Below are positions 1 through 8,082 of a stretch of 64,000 bases of DNA, piece by piece. Below the pieces are notes generated by a model. It saw only the letters and a list, made by a program, of their open reading frames with translations. It ran no database searches and was not told the origin of the DNA. Positions within the stretch are counted from its first letter, which is position 1, and every line of letters starts with the position of its first letter. The position numbers and the translations under genes are program-made. The DNA is from a virus: positions 4,952 through 68,951 of the IMG/VR virus record IMGVR_UViG_3300020401_001763; one strand, given 5' to 3'.

Positions 1-645
1 TATGGTACTTTGAAAAAAGTCTATAATAGAGGAATGGCTGCTTGGAGAACTGGTCATAGACCAGGGACTACACCACAGCAATGGGGAATGGCTCGAGTCA
101 ACTCTTACATTGGTAAAGGTAAAGGTACTTATTACGGCGCAGATTCTGATCTAAGTGGTAAGGGCAAGAAGAAAAAAGAATCAGTAGGAGAGGAAGTAAA
201 ATATCCGCATATGATGTATGATCCAAAGACTGGAAAAGAAGTCAAAGCAAATACTCCAGCTGATCATGCTAAATTTGCGAAGATGGGATATACACATGAA
301 AAACCATCTATGAAAAAAGAAGCGCTCGATCAGAAAGATAAGAAAACACTGATGAAAGTTGCTAAGAAACTTAAAGGTGCAAGTGCCAAGCATGCAAATC
401 AGTCAAAAGCTATCATGAAAGACATAGAAGATCAGAAAGAAGCTATGTCTCCAGCAGATAAAGCAGCGCATGATAGAGCCATTGCGGCATTTAAAGCTAG
501 AGGCGGAAAGATTAAAAAACTTCCACCAGGGAAAGCTCAAGGTTATCACGGTAAATCAGATCCAGCATCCGGAATGAAAGGTATGATGGATAAGGGTGAC
601 ACCAAAGATTTCAAAAAAAATAAGTTCGTAAGGAGTATGAAATGA
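1..645 (+). CDS. Lys-rich hypothetical protein, 5'-partial; putative internal head protein
   Basis: Frame is open from base 1. The AAWRTGHRPG..QQWGMARVNS motif recalls marine T4-like phage proteins; Glu-delimited basic modules. Confidence 0.6.
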   Translation, partial: YGTLKKVYNRGMAAWRTGHRPGTTPQQWGMARVNSYIGKGKGTYYGADSDLSGKGKKKKESVGEEVKYPHMMYDPKTGKEVKANTPADHAKFAKMGYTHEKPSMKKEALDQKDKKTLMKVAKKLKGASAKHANQSKAIMKDIEDQKEAMSPADKAAHDRAIAAFKARGGKIKKLPPGKAQGYHGKSDPASGMKGMMDKGDTKDFKKNKFVRSMK

Positions 646-857
646 TATATGACTTTCACACTTTCAGACAAAAGGGTCCTATAAGCGAAGCTACCGACGT
701 TTATGACAAAGATGGAATTCAAATTACTAGAACTGCTTTGAAAGGCGGTGTTGGTTTTCAAATTAACTACGGTGAAAGAGGTAGGTATATTCAAGTTCTT
801 AAAAAGGATATGAATAAGATCATGAAAGCAATGCAAACAGCAATGAAAGCAAGATAG
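642..857 (+). CDS. small hypothetical protein, putative internal head protein
   Basis: ATGA overlap with the previous ORF; N-terminal DFHTF..ISEA resembles a capsid-targeting leader. Confidence 0.55.
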   Translation: MIYDFHTFRQKGPISEATDVYDKDGIQITRTALKGGVGFQINYGERGRYIQVLKKDMNKIMKAMQTAMKAR

Positions 858-858
858 T

Positions 859-1773
859 ATGCCATTAGGAAAAAACGCAACAGCCGGAGACTACGTAAAA
901 GACTTTAGAAAGTCTAAGGCTCCACAGTTTAAAGGTAAGTCTAAAGAAAAAAGACATAAGATGGCTATTGCTGCTTATCTCGATAAACGCGATAGTCAAG
1001 ACGAAGCCAAATTAGCTGGTAATAATCTAAAACTCTTTTCTCAGTTGAACAGAGATAAAAAGGTAGATGAACTGTCTATGAAACTAAAGACCAAGGCTAA
1101 ATTCGCTCGAGCCGTAAGAGGTCCAAGTAAAAAGGCAATGCCTGATATATTCAGAACTACTGGAAAGAGAGCAAAAGAAATATCTAAAAAAGCTGATATA
1201 CTCGTAACTATGAAAAGAGCTAAAGAAAGAGACGAAAGAAGAAAACGTCTAGGTCTAAAACCAGTAGGAGAATCCTCATCTTTTGCTGTAGATATTAAAG
1301 GTCTTCCAACTATGTACATGGACGGAATGACTTCTAATGAAATAAAACAAAAGTTGCGTAAGATTATCAAACAGCCTTCTATGATACAGGCCGTTGATAG
1401 AATACAAAAGTCTAAAGTTAAAAAGATCTTTAGAGACAAAGGTCAAGGAAGAGAACAGATAGATGCTAATTATAAGTATGACTATGGTTCTCCAGAATCT
1501 ATTAGACTCATGAAAAAAATTACTCCGGGTGAAAAAATTAAAGAAGGTGTGAGAGGAAAAACAGACGCGCCAAAAGGACCAGAGTCTTATGAAGCGCAAT
1601 ATAAAAGAAGATTAGTTAAAACCACAGATCCTGAACATAAAGAAAAAGGTTATAAGTACAGAATTAAAGGTAAGAAGAATAGTTCACTTACTAAAAAGCT
1701 GTATAAGTCTAAACCTGATCAGGCTGAGTTTAACAAACAAATGAGAAGGATTGCAGGTCATGAGTTTGGATAA
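859..1773 (+). CDS. Lys/Arg-rich hypothetical protein, putative internal head protein
   Basis: 304 aa ORF, very basic; DFRKSKAPQFKGKS..MAIAAY module. Confidence 0.6.
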   Translation: MPLGKNATAGDYVKDFRKSKAPQFKGKSKEKRHKMAIAAYLDKRDSQDEAKLAGNNLKLFSQLNRDKKVDELSMKLKTKAKFARAVRGPSKKAMPDIFRTTGKRAKEISKKADILVTMKRAKERDERRKRLGLKPVGESSSFAVDIKGLPTMYMDGMTSNEIKQKLRKIIKQPSMIQAVDRIQKSKVKKIFRDKGQGREQIDANYKYDYGSPESIRLMKKITPGEKIKEGVRGKTDAPKGPESYEAQYKRRLVKTTDPEHKEKGYKYRIKGKKNSSLTKKLYKSKPDQAEFNKQMRRIAGHEFG

Positions 1774-2119
1774 ATTTAAAACTTTTAGAGAAGAATGTAT
1801 AGATGACGATTGCGAATGTTTTGATCTCTACGAAGATTTAGAGTTAGAAGAAGCCGAATATAAAGGTAGAAAAGTAACTCTTAATAATCCATCTCGATCT
1901 AATGATGGAAAGAAAAAGTTTTATGTGTATGTAAAAAATGACAAGGGTAATGTTATTAAGTTAGGATTTGGCGATCCAAATATGGAAATAAAAAGAGACG
2001 ATCCGGCGAGAAGAAAGTCTTTTAGAGCTAGACATAACTGTGATAACCCAGGTCCAAAATATAAAGCAAGATATTGGTCTTGTTATCAGTGGAGAGCAGG
2101 AGCAAAGGTAGATAATTAA
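1760..2119 (+). CDS. conserved T4-like marine phage protein
   Basis: LEEAEYKGRKVTLN...GFGDPNMEIKRDDPARRKSFRARHNC...ARYWSC motif; ATG at 1760 chosen as start. Confidence 0.7.
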   Translation: MSLDKFKTFREECIDDDCECFDLYEDLELEEAEYKGRKVTLNNPSRSNDGKKKFYVYVKNDKGNVIKLGFGDPNMEIKRDDPARRKSFRARHNCDNPGPKYKARYWSCYQWRAGAKVDN

Positions 2120-2562
2120 TGGCGACAAAAGTGAATGAGAACACTGAATTGTCTATGCCAATCCGTAATTTAATAGCAATGGTGGTTGGCGCAGCAATCG
2201 GTACATGGGCATACTTTGGTATCATAGAAAGACTGAATAATTTAGAAAATAAGTTTCAAATTCAAGATGCTGACGTTGGTATGAATACAGAGTTTAGAAT
2301 CAAATGGCCAAGAGGAGAAATGGGTTCCTTACCAGCTGATTCAGAACAGTTTATGTTGATTGAACATTTGTCTGGAGAGTTAGAAAAATTAGCAACTCAG
2401 ATAGAAGATGGACAAGCACCGTACGATCAACAACAACAATTGACATTGAACTTTTATAAGGACAGAATTGAAGCTTTAGAAACTGAGATTAAATCAATAC
2501 GTAAGGACATGATGGACATGGTCCACGATATGAACGGGATGAAAAAGCACAATGGTCATTAA
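2119..2562 (+). CDS. membrane-anchored coiled-coil hypothetical protein
   Basis: N-terminal hydrophobic helix LIAMVVGAAIGTWAYFGII; TAATG coupling. Confidence 0.6.
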   Translation: MATKVNENTELSMPIRNLIAMVVGAAIGTWAYFGIIERLNNLENKFQIQDADVGMNTEFRIKWPRGEMGSLPADSEQFMLIEHLSGELEKLATQIEDGQAPYDQQQQLTLNFYKDRIEALETEIKSIRKDMMDMVHDMNGMKKHNGH

Positions 2563-2773
2563 AACGATGACACTCTTACTTTACTTAGGAGGCGGTATCA
2601 TAGAACATACCGGACCTATGTCTATGTCAGAGTGTCTTAAAATGAAAAGAACTATTGAAAGACACGGCTGGAAAGACAGAAAAGATACTAGATATTCTTG
2701 TGAAAAGAAAAAAGTTGAAGTTGATGTAGGTCCAGACGGAAAAGAATTTATTGTAAGAATTGTTGAGGAATAA
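2552..2773 (+). CDS. small hypothetical protein (possible signal peptide, 2 Cys)
   Basis: 73 aa ORF in the operon. Confidence 0.5.
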   Translation: MVIKTMTLLLYLGGGIIEHTGPMSMSECLKMKRTIERHGWKDRKDTRYSCEKKKVEVDVGPDGKEFIVRIVEE

Positions 2774-2910
2774 TGCCGACTAAATTTAGAAGTGTTTCAA
2801 TACATGAACCGACTATAAAAGGAACTTCTATTGGAAGAAAGCCAATTAAGTCGACCATGAATAAAAGTAAGAGGCGCTCTTTTAAAAAGTATAGAGGGCA
2901 AGGCAAGTAA
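2773..2910 (+). CDS. small basic protein (45 aa, ends KKYRGQGK); not in ORF track
   Basis: Manual translation MPTKFRSVSIHEPTIKGTSIGRKPIKSTMNKSKRRSFKKYRGQGK; TAATG coupling at both ends. Confidence 0.65.
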   Translation: MPTKFRSVSIHEPTIKGTSIGRKPIKSTMNKSKRRSFKKYRGQGK

Positions 2911-3206
2911 TGGAACTAAAACAGGAAATGACGATAACTATGGAACATAGACTAGATAAGATCGAGGAGAAACTCGACAAGTTAGCGGATGCTATGATAG
3001 CTATGGCTCGAGCAGAAGAGAAAATTATAGCGTTGCAAGACGACCATGAAAACATGAGAGAGCGGCTAAATAAGTTATCGGTAAAACTTGACGATATTCA
3101 AAGAACTGTTGATGATAATTCAAGAACAGTTAAACTTATAAATAAGATTGGAATGGCAGTCATAGTGGCTGCTGTCGGCGCGTACGTTGCGCATATGTGG
3201 ATGTAA
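2910..3206 (+). CDS. coiled-coil protein with C-terminal transmembrane helix
   Basis: Heptad pattern followed by IGMAVIVAAVGAYVAHMWM. Confidence 0.6.
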   Translation: MELKQEMTITMEHRLDKIEEKLDKLADAMIAMARAEEKIIALQDDHENMRERLNKLSVKLDDIQRTVDDNSRTVKLINKIGMAVIVAAVGAYVAHMWM

Positions 3207-3218
3207 AAGGAGAATCAA

Positions 3219-3785
3219 ATGGAAGAAGGTTTTAAATACCATATACCAGAAGAGATTCCAGCAAATGAAAGAACCGCCTTTCATGGCGCAGCGGCAGCAG
3301 CGGCTAAAAGCGGAAAAAAGAAATTTAATTTTGGTGGAAAAACTCATCCGGTCACTATGAAAAAAGATACCGCTAATGCTATAACATCTAGCAAACATCA
3401 TAACAAAGATGACAAAATGAAGAAAGAAAGTACTATGACTTTTAGAGAAAAGCTAATTGCAGTACTCGAAGGAGATAGAAAAGCTCATTATAAGAGTGCC
3501 ACTCCACCAGAGGAATATGACGAAAAATCAAAATCATCTAAAGGTGCTATGGACATGATGAAGAACCGTACAGATGCTGTTACCGTTGATGGTAATAAAG
3601 CAGCAGAAGTTACGGCAAAGAACGCAGCAGCTAAAGTACCTGCAAAAAAGATGAGAAGTAATGATAATAATAAAGGGGATATGAAAATTATTCCTAGTGC
3701 CACTCCTATGAAAGGCATGAAGAAAACAATGGAAGCTTACATGAGTATGAAAGGAAAAACTGATGGCGAAGATACAACCTCCTAA
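3219..3785 (+). CDS. Lys-rich hypothetical protein, putative internal head protein
   Basis: AGGAG SD; TATAAATA at 3137-3144; AAAAKSGKKKFNFGGKTHPV module. Confidence 0.6.
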   Translation: MEEGFKYHIPEEIPANERTAFHGAAAAAAKSGKKKFNFGGKTHPVTMKKDTANAITSSKHHNKDDKMKKESTMTFREKLIAVLEGDRKAHYKSATPPEEYDEKSKSSKGAMDMMKNRTDAVTVDGNKAAEVTAKNAAAKVPAKKMRSNDNNKGDMKIIPSATPMKGMKKTMEAYMSMKGKTDGEDTTS

Positions 3786-4035
3786 GTGGGCACCAAACGC
3801 GCATCCAACACCGACCGGTTGGAAGAACGTTGCTACAGGTGAACTATTAATTTCTCAACCAATTTCTCAACAGCAAATTGATGAGTATTTTGAAGTTCCA
3901 AAGCCAAAGAAGAAAAAAGTTAAAGTTCTTAGAGAGGCTCCTGTAACTACAGAAGAGGCTGAAGCCGAGCTTATGCAAGATCAGAGTATTCTTACAGAAG
4001 ACGATGGTCTACCAAGTGACGTGGAGCGAAACTGA
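3763..4035 (+). CDS. hypothetical protein
   Basis: 90 aa ORF, PPKWAPNAHPTPTGW motif. Confidence 0.55.
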   Translation: MAKIQPPKWAPNAHPTPTGWKNVATGELLISQPISQQQIDEYFEVPKPKKKKVKVLREAPVTTEEAEAELMQDQSILTEDDGLPSDVERN

Positions 4036-4059
4036 TTCTGAATCTTAATATATACTTTT

Positions 4060-4428
4060 ATGTTAAGATTTAAAGAATTAAATGAGAAGAATCTCTTTCT
4101 CTATGCAGCTAGGCATTATAGAAATCCTAAATTTGCTGATGCTGATGAGTTTTATGAAGACCTTAAGAGATTCAAATATATTAAAAGATTATTGAATCGT
4201 TATATCGAGTCTGATGAATTATCGGAAAGACTGGTATTAAATCATTTGATAGTAGTGTTTAACGTATTTGGAATTGAAGCTGCTTTAAAAATATTAGAAT
4301 TAAAGTTAGAGGACAAACACTGGCCAATTATAAAACCGTTCTTAATATTTTTAAAGTATATTAAGAACGAAGAATACACTGGAATTACAATGGACCCTAA
4401 CGTTGTGGATATTTTAAGGAAGATATAA
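4060..4428 (+). CDS. conserved T4-like (cyanophage-type) hypothetical protein
   Basis: ELNEKNLFLYAARHY.NP...EFYEDLKRFKYIKRLL motif. Confidence 0.7.
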   Translation: MLRFKELNEKNLFLYAARHYRNPKFADADEFYEDLKRFKYIKRLLNRYIESDELSERLVLNHLIVVFNVFGIEAALKILELKLEDKHWPIIKPFLIFLKYIKNEEYTGITMDPNVVDILRKI

Positions 4429-5015
4429 TGGGTATCGTAAAAAGAGCGGCAGATATAGCATACACTTTCAGGTTCATACGAATGCTCGTTTTGGACTGGA
4501 AAGATTGGGACGCTTATAAGCAAGGTATCATAGACGAGAATGGAAAGAGAATAAAAACAGTGAAATTGGATAGCGATGAAAAAAAGTCTTCTTATACTCC
4601 TTTTATTCGCTTGTGCGCTAACATCAAGAGGCTCCTTTCAAAAATTCCAGGGGGAGGAAGTAAACTCGGATCTTTTGCGGCCGCGCTCTTTCTCATTAAA
4701 GAAAAATACGGATTCACGGACAAGAACTTAAAAGACATCTGTGAAAAAGTAAACGTCGACGTACTTGATTTTCTAAATGAAAGTAACGAATGGTTTATGT
4801 TAGAAAATAAACAAATATCTCCTGGGATATATAAAGTTCATAATCCTAAACTACTTAATACTACTTGTGATGAACTGGTTTGGCCTAAAGACCAAATTAG
4901 AATAGAAGAAGAATGTTTTCCTATTGGTGATGTATTTGGCGTAGATATTTACGAAGCTATACATATGAAAACACAACAAAGAATTTATATTGCTTTGAGC
5001 GAGATATACAAATGA
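4428..5015 (+). CDS. conserved T4-like hypothetical protein
   Basis: YTFRFIRMLV..W..WDAYKQGIIDENGK motif. Confidence 0.7.
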   Translation: MGIVKRAADIAYTFRFIRMLVLDWKDWDAYKQGIIDENGKRIKTVKLDSDEKKSSYTPFIRLCANIKRLLSKIPGGGSKLGSFAAALFLIKEKYGFTDKNLKDICEKVNVDVLDFLNESNEWFMLENKQISPGIYKVHNPKLLNTTCDELVWPKDQIRIEEECFPIGDVFGVDIYEAIHMKTQQRIYIALSEIYK

Positions 5016-5299
5016 AGATATTCGCCGCAGTTAGATGTCCACCGGGATATAAGTACGATGAAAAGTCTAAATCATGTGTACCAAAAAATTATTCTAGAGT
5101 AGCTAAACTTGGCTACCCTAGATACGGCTTTGGAGGTGGTAAATCTTCGTCGCAAAAGAATGGTAATGGTACCAATGGTAATGGTAACGGAAATGGCAAT
5201 GGTAACGGCGGAAATGGAAATGGTAATGGTAACGGTGGAAATGGAAATGGTGGCGGAAACGGCGGTGGAAACGGCGGAGGAAATGGTGGAGGCCAATGA
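5012..5299 (+). CDS. Gly/Asn low-complexity protein with N-terminal CPPG..C motif
   Basis: C-terminal (NG)n/(GGGN)n tract; ATGA overlaps at both ends. Confidence 0.6.
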   Translation: MKIFAAVRCPPGYKYDEKSKSCVPKNYSRVAKLGYPRYGFGGGKSSSQKNGNGTNGNGNGNGNGNGGNGNGNGNGGNGNGGGNGGGNGGGNGGGQ

Positions 5300-6081
5300 G
5301 AGTCGCAGGTAGACAAAAAGGAGCTAAAATAAAACCATATACACATGTGGTTGTAAATCCTAATGCACCAAAATCAAGGTATACTTTTAGCATGCATAGT
5401 TCAGAAGCAGGAGCAAAGAAAGCGGCTAAAAAATATTCACCATTAGTAGGAGATGACTTAAAAGTCGTTAAACAATCTGGTAGAAGTCCAAGTACCGACA
5501 TGTTTGAAGCTACAAAAAGAATACCAAGAAAAAAAGGACAGCCTGCCGGATCTGATAAACACAGTGATCTGTACACAGATGAAAACCCGAAAGGAACAAT
5601 ACATGGTCTTAAATTTGCTACAGTCGAAGACGCGAAAGCGTCGGTCGCGAAAATTAAAAACTCAGGAAAAAAACACGCCCACAAAATTCAAGCTGCCATC
5701 GCCATGGAACAAAGAGCTAGAGTTATGGGAAAGACCGGACCTGCCGCGGTTTATCGAAAGTACATAAACCAAATGAAGAAGAAGACAAAACAAATGCAAA
5801 AAGAAGACATACAAGAAGGTAGACCAGGGTTGTGGGATAACATCCGCAAGCGTAGAGCGTCTGGAAAACGTATGAGAAAGAAGGGTGAAAAAGGAGCTCC
5901 TTCACCAGAGGCAATGGCAAGAGCCAGTGCTGCCAGTGAAGAGATGACTACTACCGCTTCCATACCGAATCCGATCGATACGTCTATGGGACCTAAATTT
6001 ACGACAACTAATGTTATGGATAGAAGGAAAAAGAAAAGACCTGCTTTACTTAAAAGGTTTTCTCAATATATCTCAAAATGA
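5296..6081 (+). CDS. Lys-rich multi-module protein, putative internal head protein
   Basis: RIPRKKGQPAGSDKHSDLYTDENPKGTIHGL and GLWDNIRKRR modules separated by Glu sites. Confidence 0.6.
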   Translation: MRVAGRQKGAKIKPYTHVVVNPNAPKSRYTFSMHSSEAGAKKAAKKYSPLVGDDLKVVKQSGRSPSTDMFEATKRIPRKKGQPAGSDKHSDLYTDENPKGTIHGLKFATVEDAKASVAKIKNSGKKHAHKIQAAIAMEQRARVMGKTGPAAVYRKYINQMKKKTKQMQKEDIQEGRPGLWDNIRKRRASGKRMRKKGEKGAPSPEAMARASAASEEMTTTASIPNPIDTSMGPKFTTTNVMDRRKKKRPALLKRFSQYISK

Positions 6082-6581
6082 TTCGTATATATTTAGCTCT
6101 GGCAATGTTTGCTATCATAGGTAGCTTGGCTTATGGTGCCAAGTACTATTATGATAGTACCCAAAATAAAATAGCAATATTAACTAAAAATAATGCTAAC
6201 TTGAAAGTTGCAGTAGATACTGCAGAAGCAAGTTTAAAGCTCGCAAAAGAAGAACAAATAAAGATGAGTGAGCTTAATAATAAACTACAGAATGATCTCC
6301 AAAAAGCAGAAAAATATGGAGATAGTTTAAGAAGTAAACTAGCTCAACTTAATCTAGTAAAAGACGCATTGACAGATGCTAAAAATTTAGAAGGAAGAAT
6401 GAATGGCGCAACAGCCAAAATATGGCGAGAGATTATGGGTGATACTGGTGGTGATTCTAACCGGCCTAATCCTAACTGGTTGCAGCGGTCTGAGACAACC
6501 GACGGAAATAAAGACGGTGACAAAGATCGAAAAGATAACGATACCAGTAGTACCGAAGCCGAAACCAGTTCAACTCAATGA
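6078..6581 (+). CDS. inner-membrane spanin (Rz/i-spanin-like)
   Basis: N-terminal TM helix, long coiled coil, overlapped by a lipoprotein gene. Confidence 0.65.
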   Translation: MIRIYLALAMFAIIGSLAYGAKYYYDSTQNKIAILTKNNANLKVAVDTAEASLKLAKEEQIKMSELNNKLQNDLQKAEKYGDSLRSKLAQLNLVKDALTDAKNLEGRMNGATAKIWREIMGDTGGDSNRPNPNWLQRSETTDGNKDGDKDRKDNDTSSTEAETSSTQ

Positions 6582-6807
6582 CGTAAGAGTCTACGTCGTT
6601 AACGCCGACATATATGAAGAGTTTGTAAAAGAGTTTACTGAAGAATATGGTGAACTTGCTTTTGTTGCCTTGTCCATGAAAGATTATGAAAATTTAGCTT
6701 TAAATATAGCTGAATTGAGAAGATATATAAATCAACAGAAACAAATTATAGTTTATTACGAAGAAGCTGTAACAGAGGAGAAAAAGAATGATGGACCTAA
6801 CAATTAG
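6403..6807 (+). CDS. outer-membrane spanin lipoprotein (Rz1/o-spanin-like)
   Basis: Hydrophobic signal with lipobox LTGC, Pro-rich segment, overlaps the i-spanin 3' end in the +1 frame. Confidence 0.65.
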   Translation: MAQQPKYGERLWVILVVILTGLILTGCSGLRQPTEIKTVTKIEKITIPVVPKPKPVQLNDVRVYVVNADIYEEFVKEFTEEYGELAFVALSMKDYENLALNIAELRRYINQQKQIIVYYEEAVTEEKKNDGPNN

Positions 6808-7381
6808 TCTGGCCACTCAATTTTGGCCAATGACTGTTTTTATTATTCTGGTACTTATCGGCTTTATTATTAACCTATTTGATAGAAGAATGGCAGACTA
6901 CAGAGTCAACTTTAAATATAAAGAGATGCCACAAATGAAACCAATTCCTATTCCAACTAAAGGAAAAGGCTTTTGGAAAGCTATATTTCTATGGGTCTTT
7001 GGAACAAGACATTGGATCGTAGCAAAAGACTTTGTCTATTGGATGAATGGACAACAATACGTAATTCCAAAAGGATTTCAATTCGATGGAGCGAGTGTAC
7101 CAAAATTCTTAGCTCAATTTTTGTCTCCTGTTGGTGTGTTACTTATTGGCGGACTAATACATGACTATGGTTATAAGTATGAAACGTTACTACTAAAAAG
7201 TAATAGAACTATTGGAAAAAAGACTCAAAAGTGGATGGATCAAACATTCAGAGATATTAATATAGAAGTTAATGGTTTTTATCTCTTAAACCAACTAGCT
7301 TATTGGGCCTTAAGACTCGGTGGTTGGGTTGCTTGGAATAAGCATCGAAAAGTTGGCGCTCAGATACCAGGGTTAGACTAA
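6788..7381 (+). CDS. DUF1353-family protein with N-terminal TM
   Basis: IPKGFQFDGASVP and LIHDYGY motifs. Confidence 0.7.
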   Translation: MMDLTISLATQFWPMTVFIILVLIGFIINLFDRRMADYRVNFKYKEMPQMKPIPIPTKGKGFWKAIFLWVFGTRHWIVAKDFVYWMNGQQYVIPKGFQFDGASVPKFLAQFLSPVGVLLIGGLIHDYGYKYETLLLKSNRTIGKKTQKWMDQTFRDINIEVNGFYLLNQLAYWALRLGGWVAWNKHRKVGAQIPGLD

Positions 7382-7776
7382 TGTATGAATATAGATGCAA
7401 GTTAGTTAAAGTAATCGATGGAGATACGATAGACGTCGATATCGATCTAGGATTTGGAGTATGGTTAAAAAAAGAAAGAGTTAGATTAGTTGGCATAGAT
7501 ACACCAGAATCGAGAACACGAGATCTGGAAGAAAAAAAGTATGGATTAGCCGCTAAAGAATTTCTTATTAAATGGACTGGTGCAGGAGAACTTAGGCTTA
7601 AAACTCAAAAAGACAAGACTGGAAAATTTGGTAGGATACTAGGAGAGCTGTGGACGTTTGACACTAACATTAATCAAAAAATGATTGAAGAACATCATGC
7701 AGTTGCTTATGAAGGACAATCTAAAGAAGAGATTGAAGAACAACATTTAGCTAATAGAGAAAGGGTAAAATTATGA
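7381..7776 (+). CDS. thermonuclease (SNase-like)
   Basis: VIDGDTIDV, RVRLVGIDTPE and GKFGRILG motifs. Confidence 0.85.
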   Translation: MYEYRCKLVKVIDGDTIDVDIDLGFGVWLKKERVRLVGIDTPESRTRDLEEKKYGLAAKEFLIKWTGAGELRLKTQKDKTGKFGRILGELWTFDTNINQKMIEEHHAVAYEGQSKEEIEEQHLANRERVKL

Positions 7777-7988
7777 AAGCAGGCGAACAGCTTATTTACG
7801 CAGCTAAAAAACAAGCAGAAGGCGAGCTTGAAGTTCACAAAGCAAATATTGAGGTATATAAAACAATGCCAGCAGGTATTGGTGAACACTCAGATATCAC
7901 AGAGGCCGTTATCGCAGAACTAGATAAAATGTCAGCGGCCTATGATCGAATAGAGATGATAGACAAATATTTCTCTTTAAAAGAATAA
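7773..7988 (+). CDS. conserved small phage protein
   Basis: HKANIEVY...GIGEHSDI motif. Confidence 0.65.
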   Translation: MKAGEQLIYAAKKQAEGELEVHKANIEVYKTMPAGIGEHSDITEAVIAELDKMSAAYDRIEMIDKYFSLKE

Positions 7989-8006
7989 AAAACTTTACTA
8001 ATGTGG

Positions 8007-8046
8007 TTAAAAAGGGGTTTACAAAGATCCCTTTTTAATATATAAT
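8007..8046 (+). promoter_or_regulatory. sigma70-type promoter for RNR, embedded in a terminator-like hairpin
   Basis: TTTACA 8018-8023, 17 nt spacer, TATAAT 8041-8046; inverted repeat TTAAAAAGGG (8007-8016)/CCCTTTTTAA (8029-8038). Confidence 0.7.
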
Positions 8047-8082
8047 AGTTACAATACAAAAAAATCAGAAAAGGTAAAAGCC

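Noticed and set aside
5072-5684. Pro-rich and His-rich antisense ORFs
   Set aside because: Shadows of the Gly/Asn repeat on the plus strand.
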